Shown here: positions 39,701-47,422 of the stretch, in pieces
Layout: each line of letters opens with the position of its first letter
How positions within the stretch are numbered: position 1 is the first letter of the stretch
DNA from: Candidatus Thorarchaeota archaeon
GTDB taxonomy: Archaea; Asgardarchaeota; Thorarchaeia; Thorarchaeales; Thorarchaeaceae
Assembly: GCA_029855935.1 (NCBI GenBank)
Contig: JAGSHN010000018.1
Location: 32,001-96,000 of the forward strand
Reading direction: 5' to 3'
DNA length: 64,000 nt
Program-made: the position numbers and the translations under genes
Notes under the pieces: generated by a model
What the model was told of the DNA's origin: nothing
Seen by the model: only the letters and a program-made list of their open reading frames with translations
The model's database searches: none

Positions 39701-40085
39701 GCACGCTCTCCGGTAGTGTCTGGACATCCATCGAACGCACGATGCCCGTGTCAAGCAACGCCTGAAGGTCGGCCGCACTTCCTCTCAGGAGGTAGTACTC
39801 CTGTACGTGACTCATCTCGGGACTGCCGAGGCTGAAACGGACACCACAAGACCGGATGACCTCTGCGGTCTCCGGAGTGACTTCGTACCGAAACGTCACT
39901 ACAACTGGAATGTCATCACCAAAACTCTCTGCCAGTGCCCGGAGGTCGATGCCAGTCGGTCCCTCAAGAGAGCGTGTCGTAGAGTCACTAGAGGGCTCAG
40001 TCTGAGCAGCGGGACCCTGCGGAAGAACTATGGGCACAAGGAGGAGTACGGTCAGCAGCGACAGTAACAACAACCTTACTCTCAT
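36798..40085 (-). CDS. membrane-anchored S8 subtilase with Asp-rich insertion and Ig-like repeats, 1095 aa
   Basis: DLDSG, HGTAVSG, GTSASGPHVAG; three C-terminal Ig-like repeats; poly-Thr; TM. Confidence 0.9.
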   Translation of the reverse strand: MRVRLLLLSLLTVLLLVPIVLPQGPAAQTEPSSDSTTRSLEGPTGIDLRALAESFGDDIPVVVTFRYEVTPETAEVIRSCGVRFSLGSPEMSHVQEYYLLRGSAADLQALLDTGIVRSMDVQTLPESVPTRDVSIPEINADDAWKMLDSLDRNLTGKGILIADLDSGVDWRHPDLWFPGKTEYQWIDVGGNLVPDNGTDAVDLDGDTIADANEMLYVIDIDSDGTYNTTTDWLWVDNITQNGIPDLGEPFFVVNDTNGNDHLDPGEPLVMLTTPKTRYIVEKDGSATPEIQVWERGVNLTSSTHYDTDGHGTAVSGILLGGQLGFRKYVGVAPDAELMMIRVLGASNTRLSVDEGLTWAYNHGADVILTELGSWTYHYLDGSSSAETLINTIVSDGIPVLSPAGNLGGKDKHALTTAQPNSPTYVDFTIPQPNGTYVDYPIENVYITVLSVNETSFAACNFSLIMNLAVWGGPVVPVYLHPGVGYWNWSAEPPVSAGGNSFTVESFISTSSRNTRMLAIWIHGTLPTTPPQPWHQLNITAPATTTFHCYISDDQSSWTGGCVWKSSVNNSYEITWPSTADSAVSIASYRTRTLLQGSTPDVLGDIASFSSRGPRIDEVLKQGVAAPGGWDIISDYSNASTWQGWFNANGGLPFSARFGGHRLFSGTSASGPHVAGCAALMLQADSSIGSQVGNMIKGSARTDAFTGTVPNPTWGYGKLNVLAAVQQVVGLAPQIHSVSRQPVDVEYDDTVTFEVNVTDDGTIAGVFVRYDIGSWTSPSEVALTLQGSGNYTGSIGPFSYGDTVYYTIKANDTEGNTNETAVSSFAVGDSIEPWLGNFWRNASQPGAGRDVLVSVDVVEPSRASGVDTVLLNWSATAGVWNAAVMSGTGQTFSGVIPGQPEGTTVYYYFVANDTAGNTNTSATFQYTTVVSESNPPVFVDISQDPLTPDDTQSVTIYANITDDTGVDMVTLSYFNGTAWTNVTMQLVGGLYQATIPALPSGTTVRYYIIAWDSQGNVGQSSEFTYTVQESTTTTTTTTTTTTTTTTGTTSTTSTTTTTSTTPTLPTEPDPMLLALIFGAIIALIIVCVVYSRRRGS

Positions 40086-40167
40086 CTCTTACATCTCCTC
40101 TCTTGTACACCAGAAAATATGATGGCGCACAGTCAGTGATTGTCAAACCATACCCGCTTGCTGTACT

Positions 40168-41565
40168 TCAAGTTTTGCCCGCTATATCATCCTGTTCCGC
40201 AAGAGGATTCTCCAGGTCTTCTGGAACACCGCCGAGGTCGTCCAAGTCGAGCACCTTGTAGAAGCCTGGGGCCTCATCATCACGGGACAGCCTCTGGCCC
40301 TCGTAGAGCGACGTACCACCTGCAATGAGGTATGCTATGCATACACTGATGACAAGAGGAATCAGCAGGTCAAACGTCTGGCTTATCTCCAGCAGGAGGA
40401 CAGTGGACGCAACAGGCGTGTTGGTATTCGCCGCCAGAACAGCACCCATACCGAGAACGGCGAAGGCTGTGATGTACTGCGGACAGAAGATCTCTCCGAA
40501 CACGGTGCCGAGCATCGCACCCACAAACAGCGAGGATGCAAGGACTCCACCAGACACTCGGCCTGCGACGGTAAATGATGAGGCGAACATCTTTCCAATC
40601 AGCAGTGCCACTATGACGCTCGTGGGAATTGTGTGTGTTGACACGAAGGTGATCACGTCAAAGCCCAGACCTGCAATTGAGAGACTCGGGTCCAAGAACC
40701 ACCATGCGAAGAAGAGGACGACGCAGGCGAAGACCGACCCGGCGATGGGATCCGCCCAGTCGGGCAGCTCCATTCTAAAGAAGTTACGGGTCTGCATCAA
40801 CACGACCGCGAATATCGTGGCTGTCACACCAGCAACAACACCCAGCAGTACGACCTGCGGGACGAGCGCCAGTGTGAAGACCATTGACGCCTCAAAGTCA
40901 AAGAGCGGTTCCACACCCAGTATCACGCCAGCGACGAGATATGACACGATTGAGGCAAGCACCATCGGTACGAAGAACCCGAGACGCGCATCACGTTTGT
41001 AGGGCGCCTCTGCCGCAAATAGGGTACCGCCAAGTGGTGCCTTGTAGATTGCAGCGGTACAGGCGGCCGCCCCAATCATCATGAAGACCCGCCGATGAGA
41101 GGGGTCGGTATGACCAGCACGTTGTGCTATCTCATTTCCAATAGCCACACCAATGAGCACTGCAGGCCCCTCCTGCCCGACGGGGTTGCCGGAGCCAATC
41201 GACACGGATGTGGCCACCATCTTGGTCAGTGCAGTGCGCGTCTTCAGCTCGGACGGGGCGTGTGTCAGCTCAATGGCCTTCGATATCCCGCTGCCCTCCA
41301 CCTCACGGGCGCCCACATAGATGAACAACCCGGAGAAGGCCCCACCAATGAGAGGCGCCAAGAAGACAGGAATCCAAGAGAGTGCCACAGTGAGAAGGTC
41401 AATCATCATCCGAAACAGGACCATGGACAGTCCGCATACGACCCCGATCACTATGGCGAAGGGGACATAGACCCTGTAGAAGTGAACAAAGAACGAGAAG
41501 TTGAAGATCTCACTGAGGGGGCGTACAGGCTGTGAGTCCTTGGGCGATTGAGAGAGCAGACCCAT
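40168..41565 (-). CDS. ClC-family chloride transporter/channel
   Basis: GSGIS, GQEGP, APLGG, NTPVAS, SLYE motifs; multi-TM. Confidence 0.9.
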   Translation of the reverse strand: MGLLSQSPKDSQPVRPLSEIFNFSFFVHFYRVYVPFAIVIGVVCGLSMVLFRMMIDLLTVALSWIPVFLAPLIGGAFSGLFIYVGAREVEGSGISKAIELTHAPSELKTRTALTKMVATSVSIGSGNPVGQEGPAVLIGVAIGNEIAQRAGHTDPSHRRVFMMIGAAACTAAIYKAPLGGTLFAAEAPYKRDARLGFFVPMVLASIVSYLVAGVILGVEPLFDFEASMVFTLALVPQVVLLGVVAGVTATIFAVVLMQTRNFFRMELPDWADPIAGSVFACVVLFFAWWFLDPSLSIAGLGFDVITFVSTHTIPTSVIVALLIGKMFASSFTVAGRVSGGVLASSLFVGAMLGTVFGEIFCPQYITAFAVLGMGAVLAANTNTPVASTVLLLEISQTFDLLIPLVISVCIAYLIAGGTSLYEGQRLSRDDEAPGFYKVLDLDDLGGVPEDLENPLAEQDDIAGKT

Positions 41566-41665
41566 AGTCCTCTGTCTAGCAATCTCTTTTATCAGTCATA
41601 CGGGCTCAGATGTGTAGCAGACCTAAGTGTGGTCCTGATCACTCAAGGGAGAGTGCTGACAGCAA

Positions 41666-42145
41666 TTGGAGCACGATCAACACGAGGCCTCAGAGGAGGG
41701 AGATACCCCAGACAGACAACTCTCCCTTGAGGAGGTCCAAGAGAGGCTCGATGACATATCAAGAAGGCTCGAGCATGTCGAGCAACTCATTGAACGCGTT
41801 GCTCCGCATCTTGAGGAGGTGAGCGAGTCAGCCCGCGTGATTCGCGAGGCATTCACGTTCTACGATGGCGTGGTGAAACTGATGAGCCGTTTCACACGGC
41901 TGGAACGGCTCGCACAGCGGTACTCAGACGTGCGAAGAGACCCAATAGGATGGACCATCGTTCAAGTCCTCGACCGGTCGTCGCCATTGAATATCAGCCA
42001 GATAACAGCGGCAGTCAGGGCAGAGCGCGGCAGCGCTTCGCGCAGGATCATTCGGGAGAGGGTTCAGCACCTGCTCGACAGAGGCGTCCTCAGAGTTGTA
42101 GATACGGATGACGAGCGCGCCCGCTACTTTGAGCTCAGCGAGTAG
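41666..42145 (+). CDS. coiled-coil plus winged-helix regulator
   Basis: NISQITAAVR...SASRRIIRERV..L...G wHTH. Confidence 0.75.
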   Translation: MEHDQHEASEEGDTPDRQLSLEEVQERLDDISRRLEHVEQLIERVAPHLEEVSESARVIREAFTFYDGVVKLMSRFTRLERLAQRYSDVRRDPIGWTIVQVLDRSSPLNISQITAAVRAERGSASRRIIRERVQHLLDRGVLRVVDTDDERARYFELSE

Positions 42146-42249
42146 GAGACATATGGCTCCAGTGCTCACCATGTGAGCACATCTCTGGTCACCTCTGCCC
42201 ACAAATAGCATATCGTGTGACCACACGATAGTGTCGTCGGTGACAAACA

Positions 42250-42579
42250 ATGAGTTCGGAAGAAAGTCACGAGAAGAAGCACACTGAGGACGCTGAGGAG
42301 ATTCGTGAGATATTCTCAGCCCTCAACGAGTCAATACCAAGCCTGATCACAGGCCTCATCGGTAGTGTCTACGATCCTGAGAGGGCAGTCAGCATCGCGA
42401 GAGCGATTGGCAAGTTCTATTCCACTCTCAGGGAGGAGGGCATCCCAGAGGACGTCGCTCTGCAGATGACAAAGGACTATGCAAGCAGCTTCGACTTCAG
42501 CAAGATGATGGAGCTGGGCGGGATGCAGGGCGGTCGCAGGATTGCGGTGAAGAAGAAGACCACTGGAGAGCCCGGTTAG
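42250..42579 (+). CDS. hypothetical protein
   Basis: 109 aa; GKFYSTLREEGIPEDVALQMT helical motif; operonic. Confidence 0.7.
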   Translation: MSSEESHEKKHTEDAEEIREIFSALNESIPSLITGLIGSVYDPERAVSIARAIGKFYSTLREEGIPEDVALQMTKDYASSFDFSKMMELGGMQGGRRIAVKKKTTGEPG

Positions 42580-42594
42580 GAAGAGGAGTAGACA

Positions 42595-42894
42595 ATGGCG
42601 CGTGAGGTTCTTGCAGCCGTTGTAGGAGCCTCCCGCCTCTTCCTAACCACTGTCAGGGGGATGAGGCGGGCCCGTCGGATTCTGAAGAGAGGCGTGAAGT
42701 CATTTGAGATGACGCTCGTCGGCATGGGCGTCAGGAAAGATCACGCACGCGAGATAGCCAGGGCCTTCGGGTCACCCGGGGAACAGCTGCTCTCGCTGCG
42801 AAATCTCCTCAGGACCTTTTCGCGGTCGGACGGCGCTTTTGTTTACGTGGCTCGACACGCTTCACAACGAGAACAGGGCACTTCGCACGCCTGA
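42595..42894 (+). CDS. hypothetical basic protein
   Basis: GAGGAG RBS; operonic; overlaps the convergent usp 3' end. Confidence 0.6.
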   Translation: MAREVLAAVVGASRLFLTTVRGMRRARRILKRGVKSFEMTLVGMGVRKDHAREIARAFGSPGEQLLSLRNLLRTFSRSDGAFVYVARHASQREQGTSHA

Positions 42895-43318
42895 CAACGC
42901 GTTCTGTTGTGCTACCTACCGCGGAGGAGCGCTCCCCTGTGGCCCCGTGACCACCAATCACGATGACCTCGACGCCCTCCTCGTCGGCGATCTTCACAAT
43001 CCTCTCAGAGGGCAGGCCCTCAGCCAGCATCAGCTCGGGGTCAATACCATGCTCCGCCGCTGCAGCCTTGTAGCTCTCTAGGAGTTTCTGGCCGTTCTCG
43101 CGATAACGCTCAAGTACCTCCTCCAAATCAGCATTGGACATCCTAGCCACCTGCTGGACCGTGCCCATGTTGATTACGTGGAGGATTATGAGCCGGGCGC
43201 CAGTCATCTCAGTGAGCTCAAATGCGACAGAGGCCGCGCGAGCGGAGTCCCTACTACCGTCCACTGGCAACATTATGACCTTTGTCCGGCCAATCAACCG
43301 GTACGGTTCCTGATACAT
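42809..43318 (-). CDS. universal stress protein
   Basis: IMLPVDGS, IVIGGHG, VGSTTERVVRRAKCPVLVV; start reassigned. Confidence 0.9.
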   Translation of the reverse strand: MYQEPYRLIGRTKVIMLPVDGSRDSARAASVAFELTEMTGARLIILHVINMGTVQQVARMSNADLEEVLERYRENGQKLLESYKAAAAEHGIDPELMLAEGLPSERIVKIADEEGVEVIVIGGHGATGERSSAVGSTTERVVRRAKCPVLVVKRVEPRKQKRRPTAKRS

Positions 43319-43521
43319 GACATCGTACATAGCGTATCTATCTTGGAATGGCTGAAGATAAATCCAGCTTGATAGCGGCCGCAGAGAGCACGCATCGAGA
43401 AAGAACGAACGGCCTCGGGATGGCCATCTTGGTGTCACAGTGGCTGGGGGAGAAGGTATACTTATTACGGCCATCACGGAGTTAGGGAATGCTACCATAT
43501 CTCAGAGAGGAGATGTGAGAC

Positions 43522-44895
43522 GTGTCATCATCTGACCTGTATTCTCTCCACAAGAAGGGAAAGTATCCAGCACGCACAGGCACTGCCATAGCCATCGCAG
43601 CGGTCATTGGCATTTTCCTCGCTGTGGGGTTCTATGCCTACCTGAAGCTCTGGGACATCTACAGCCCGCACATAGTGGACTACCTCAATCTGCTGGGAGT
43701 TGCTCTGACCTCCTCGCAACTGCTGCCAATCATCATCTTGGCAGTTGTCGCGATTGCCGTGCTCAGCACGCTTCTGATACTGGCTGCGGCCGCACTGGCA
43801 AGGAAGTTGGGTGGAACCCTCATCTATATCGGCGCTGGACTGATGTGTGCGATAACACTGATCATCCCGCTGACCACAATGCTGATGGCCGGTATGACCG
43901 TATCGCAGATCGGTCAGGCCTGGCCGATATTCATCCCGGGTCTCATAGTCCTGTTCTTCACCGTACTTCTGGTGACCGTGTTCAAGGGACGAATCCGAAG
44001 AGCTGACAGAATAATAAAGCTCACAGGCAAGATCTGCCTCGACGAGAAGGGGATCTTCCTGCCGCCACTGGCCTCGATGCTGTTCACAGTCATAGCGGCA
44101 ATCATGGCCTTTGGCATCTATATCGCATTCACGCCCATGGACGTCGTACTTGGGAACGAACCATACACGCTGGAGACTGCAACGCCGCTTGCCATCACCA
44201 GTCTCGTGTACATCTTCCTGACGCTGTTCGTCTACAAGTTCGCCTATGCCACATCATCCGCGATGGCCTACATCTATGTCCGTGGTGGCGACCCATCCCT
44301 AGGAGAGGGGGTCACTGCAGCACTCCGTGTGGCCAAGGGACTCGCAGCCCTCGCTGTCATCGGGACAATTGTGAGGGTGATCACATCGCTAATACGCAGC
44401 GCCAGCCGCCGAGGAGGACCGGTCGGTGCAGCTGCTGGGAGCCTCGCAAGTGGTGCAATCAGATTCGTCTGGGCTGCAGTCAACTACTTCACCATCCCTG
44501 TGATGGTTGCAGAGGGCAAGGGAGTTGTTGACAGCATTAAGAAGAGTGCCCGGATGTTGTGGGAGAACTTGGTCGATGTGATCATCAAAGAGACCGGTGT
44601 TCGATGGGGCTTCGCTGTCCTGTCGATGCTCTTCTTCGTCGGGTTCCCGCTCGTTGGTGGACTGCTCGGCTGGATTGCCACGGCAAGCCTTGTCCACGCC
44701 TTTCTACTGGCAGTGGTCTTCCTTGTATTCGCCTCGATTCCTAGCACCCTGATGCTCAGGACATTCGACATCGTCTACGTCACACTACTCTACGCGTTCA
44801 TTCGCCAGGAGAAGGGTGAGATCAAGGGCAAGCTGGGCATTCCGGCGGCCGTTCACAAGGACCTTGCGTCTGCCTATCAGAGAGCAGTGAAGTAG
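43522..44895 (+). CDS. multi-pass membrane protein, DUF6159/choline-transporter-like
   Basis: About 10 TM; KGRIRRADRIIKL...IFLPPL and NYFTIPVMVAEGKG..DSIKKS segments. Confidence 0.7.
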   Translation: MSSSDLYSLHKKGKYPARTGTAIAIAAVIGIFLAVGFYAYLKLWDIYSPHIVDYLNLLGVALTSSQLLPIIILAVVAIAVLSTLLILAAAALARKLGGTLIYIGAGLMCAITLIIPLTTMLMAGMTVSQIGQAWPIFIPGLIVLFFTVLLVTVFKGRIRRADRIIKLTGKICLDEKGIFLPPLASMLFTVIAAIMAFGIYIAFTPMDVVLGNEPYTLETATPLAITSLVYIFLTLFVYKFAYATSSAMAYIYVRGGDPSLGEGVTAALRVAKGLAALAVIGTIVRVITSLIRSASRRGGPVGAAAGSLASGAIRFVWAAVNYFTIPVMVAEGKGVVDSIKKSARMLWENLVDVIIKETGVRWGFAVLSMLFFVGFPLVGGLLGWIATASLVHAFLLAVVFLVFASIPSTLMLRTFDIVYVTLLYAFIRQEKGEIKGKLGIPAAVHKDLASAYQRAVK

Positions 44896-45057
44896 TCGTG
44901 GGGTCGCGGCGGCCGAACAGCTGCCGCTCATCCCCATCCCGTTTATCAATCGAGATATCACCAGCGAGATGCCAGCGGACCACTCCCTAGCGACAGGGTG
45001 GCATACACCCCAACAGACTAAAGCGACTAGGCAGCGATTCTCTCCCGGTGAAGAGAG

Positions 45058-46068
45058 ATGGACGCTGAGACCGCTGCTGCGAACGCCCTTGAGACTGTCC
45101 TCGAGGCGCGGCCGGGCGAGTCTGTTCTAATCGTGTGCGACGATGTCAGAAGAGAGGTAGGTGAGGTCTTCGCACGTGGCGCCATGAGCCTCGGACTCTG
45201 GACCCGAATGGTCGTCCTCAAGACCAGTGAGGACGAGTACAGGACCAAGGTCCCACCCGAGCTTCTGGAGATGATCAACTCTCCACATCAGCCGGATATC
45301 TTCATCAACATCCTGCGAGGTCCTGCACAGGAGACCCCCTTCAGGATAAAGATAATCGACCTAGAGACGAGAAAGGGCAGGTCCAGGCTCGGCCACTGTC
45401 CGGGCATAACAATGGACATGCTGACGGAGGGTGCTCTCTCTCTTACACGCGAGGAAACAAAGGAGATGCAGGAGAGAGCCAAGAACCTGCTCGCGCTCTT
45501 ACAGGACGTCGAGGCTGTGCACGTCACAGCACCGGGTGGTTCAGACTTCACCCTGAGTGTGAAGGGACGCACATGGTTCACCGACACGGCCATTGACTGG
45601 AAGACTATGAAGTGGATGAACCTCCCAACGGGAGAGGTACTTGTCGGGCCTGTCGAGACATCTATGAATGGTGTCCTTGTCTCCGACCTCGCGGCCGGGG
45701 GCATCGGTCCGCTGAAGGCACCAATAACAATCAGGGTCGAGAACGGTATGGTCGTCGATGTCCAGTCTGACGACGAGGAGGCGCTCAAGATCGTACGCGA
45801 GACGCAGGCCACTGACAAGATGGCCAAGTTCGTGGGAGAGTTTGCCTTCGGACTGAATCCTCGGGCGAGGCTGGTCGACGAATTCCTTGAGAGCGAGAAG
45901 GTGAGTGCGATACACGTTGCCTTTGGAAACAACAGGGACTATCCAGGCGTGACGGCCAATAACTCGGCGACGCATCAGGACTTCCTCGTCAGCAGGCCCA
46001 CCGTCGAGGTCACCTACGCAGACGGGCGCACAAGAGTTGTGATGCGCAACGGCGAACTCCTACTGTAG
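45058..46068 (+). CDS. aminopeptidase (M29/aminopeptidase T-like)
   Basis: NLPTGEV, GEFAFGLNP, ESEK, HVAFGNN, THQD. Confidence 0.85.
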   Translation: MDAETAAANALETVLEARPGESVLIVCDDVRREVGEVFARGAMSLGLWTRMVVLKTSEDEYRTKVPPELLEMINSPHQPDIFINILRGPAQETPFRIKIIDLETRKGRSRLGHCPGITMDMLTEGALSLTREETKEMQERAKNLLALLQDVEAVHVTAPGGSDFTLSVKGRTWFTDTAIDWKTMKWMNLPTGEVLVGPVETSMNGVLVSDLAAGGIGPLKAPITIRVENGMVVDVQSDDEEALKIVRETQATDKMAKFVGEFAFGLNPRARLVDEFLESEKVSAIHVAFGNNRDYPGVTANNSATHQDFLVSRPTVEVTYADGRTRVVMRNGELLL

Positions 46069-46077
46069 GTCGACCGC

Positions 46078-47316
46078 TCACCTGAGCCAGTCGAAGGCCT
46101 CGTTCCACGTGGCACTAGAACCGGAGAACGGATTGAGGTAGAGAGTTCTGAAGAATTCTGCAGTGCGGTTGGTCTCAACCGCTCGCTCCCACGTCGGCAG
46201 AACGTACTCTGTTCGCCCGAAGTAGTACGTGTACACGTAGGGAGCCCAGAAATTGACCCTCCCATCCTCGGTCTCTGGAGAGATGAAACGTAGTATGGCG
46301 TTGGCTCGCCTCTCATCGACCAGCCCGGCCTCCATCACATATCGACGGGCCTCGCTGGTCGTCCAACCCTCGACGTTCAGCATATAGGCGGCATTGATGC
46401 GCACGGCCTGTCGTAGCTCGCGAAGAGCATTGACAATGACAGAGCGCCAGCCCGTCTCCTTTACTCCGAGAAAGTCCCTCACAGTGTCGGCAACACCCTC
46501 GGAGATCACGCAGCGCCCCGTGTGAAGCGGGACAATGCTCAGTTCCGTGTAGCCGTGCTCGCGATAGGCGCGCTCGCGCCAGACGTTCGAGACGTGATGA
46601 CCATATTCGTGGTACACGACGTTTGTCAATGAGTCCCGATTGAAGGAGCGGTCGATGTTGAACTGGTTGATTGAGCGATAGTCCCCTTGATAGTAGTTGT
46701 AGCCGCCCCACGCTCGGTCCTGAACGGCCTCGTACTTCACACCGTTGTCAGTGACAGACGCGCCTAGACAATTGAACACACGTTCCGCAAAGAGGCGACC
46801 AATCTCCTTGGCCCGGGGCTGAAGAGTCTCCTCAATGACACGCTTAAGTTCAGCACCCTCTACTCGCCCCGAGTCCTCGAACGAGACAACCGACTCGAAT
46901 AGCTGAGAGTCGTCAGTCACGTCAAGCGCCTCTGCAACCCTCTCCCGGAGGCCCTCGACAACGGTATCGGGAAAGCGCCGTGCCTCGACTCCAAAGAAAC
47001 CCATGACCAGCGTCTCATATGAGACCGACCTGCCATCAAGCCACTCCACTACCTTTGCCAGAGACTCGGCCTCAGACGCTACATACTCGCCTCTCAGGGG
47101 CGGCTCCGTCAGCTCCTCGCGGGCTGTGTCAGCCACAGCCATCAGATATGCGTGGAGTTCTTCGCCCTCACGGTCCTTCCTCTGGCGATCTGGATGTAGC
47201 TCATCCGGCCCGAAGTACGCATCGACAACGCTCACTCCTGTGAGCCTCTCACTGAGATGACCCACCTCGCCGCAGAGCCTGACGAACATCTCACCAGGGT
47301 CGAACAATCCGTTCAT
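46078..47316 (-). CDS. DUF885-like zincin metalloprotease
   Basis: HEYGHH (HExxH), downstream ISEG.A, YVYTYYFG. Confidence 0.7.
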   Translation of the reverse strand: MNGLFDPGEMFVRLCGEVGHLSERLTGVSVVDAYFGPDELHPDRQRKDREGEELHAYLMAVADTAREELTEPPLRGEYVASEAESLAKVVEWLDGRSVSYETLVMGFFGVEARRFPDTVVEGLRERVAEALDVTDDSQLFESVVSFEDSGRVEGAELKRVIEETLQPRAKEIGRLFAERVFNCLGASVTDNGVKYEAVQDRAWGGYNYYQGDYRSINQFNIDRSFNRDSLTNVVYHEYGHHVSNVWRERAYREHGYTELSIVPLHTGRCVISEGVADTVRDFLGVKETGWRSVIVNALRELRQAVRINAAYMLNVEGWTTSEARRYVMEAGLVDERRANAILRFISPETEDGRVNFWAPYVYTYYFGRTEYVLPTWERAVETNRTAEFFRTLYLNPFSGSSATWNEAFDWLR

Positions 47317-47422
47317 CCCACGCTCAACTGGGTTGTCGTCCTAATAAGAACCATCCGGACGCCAAGGCAGAGCACCGGAGGGTTTCCCAGTTAATTGATA
47401 CGGTCAAAGGAGGATACCATCA

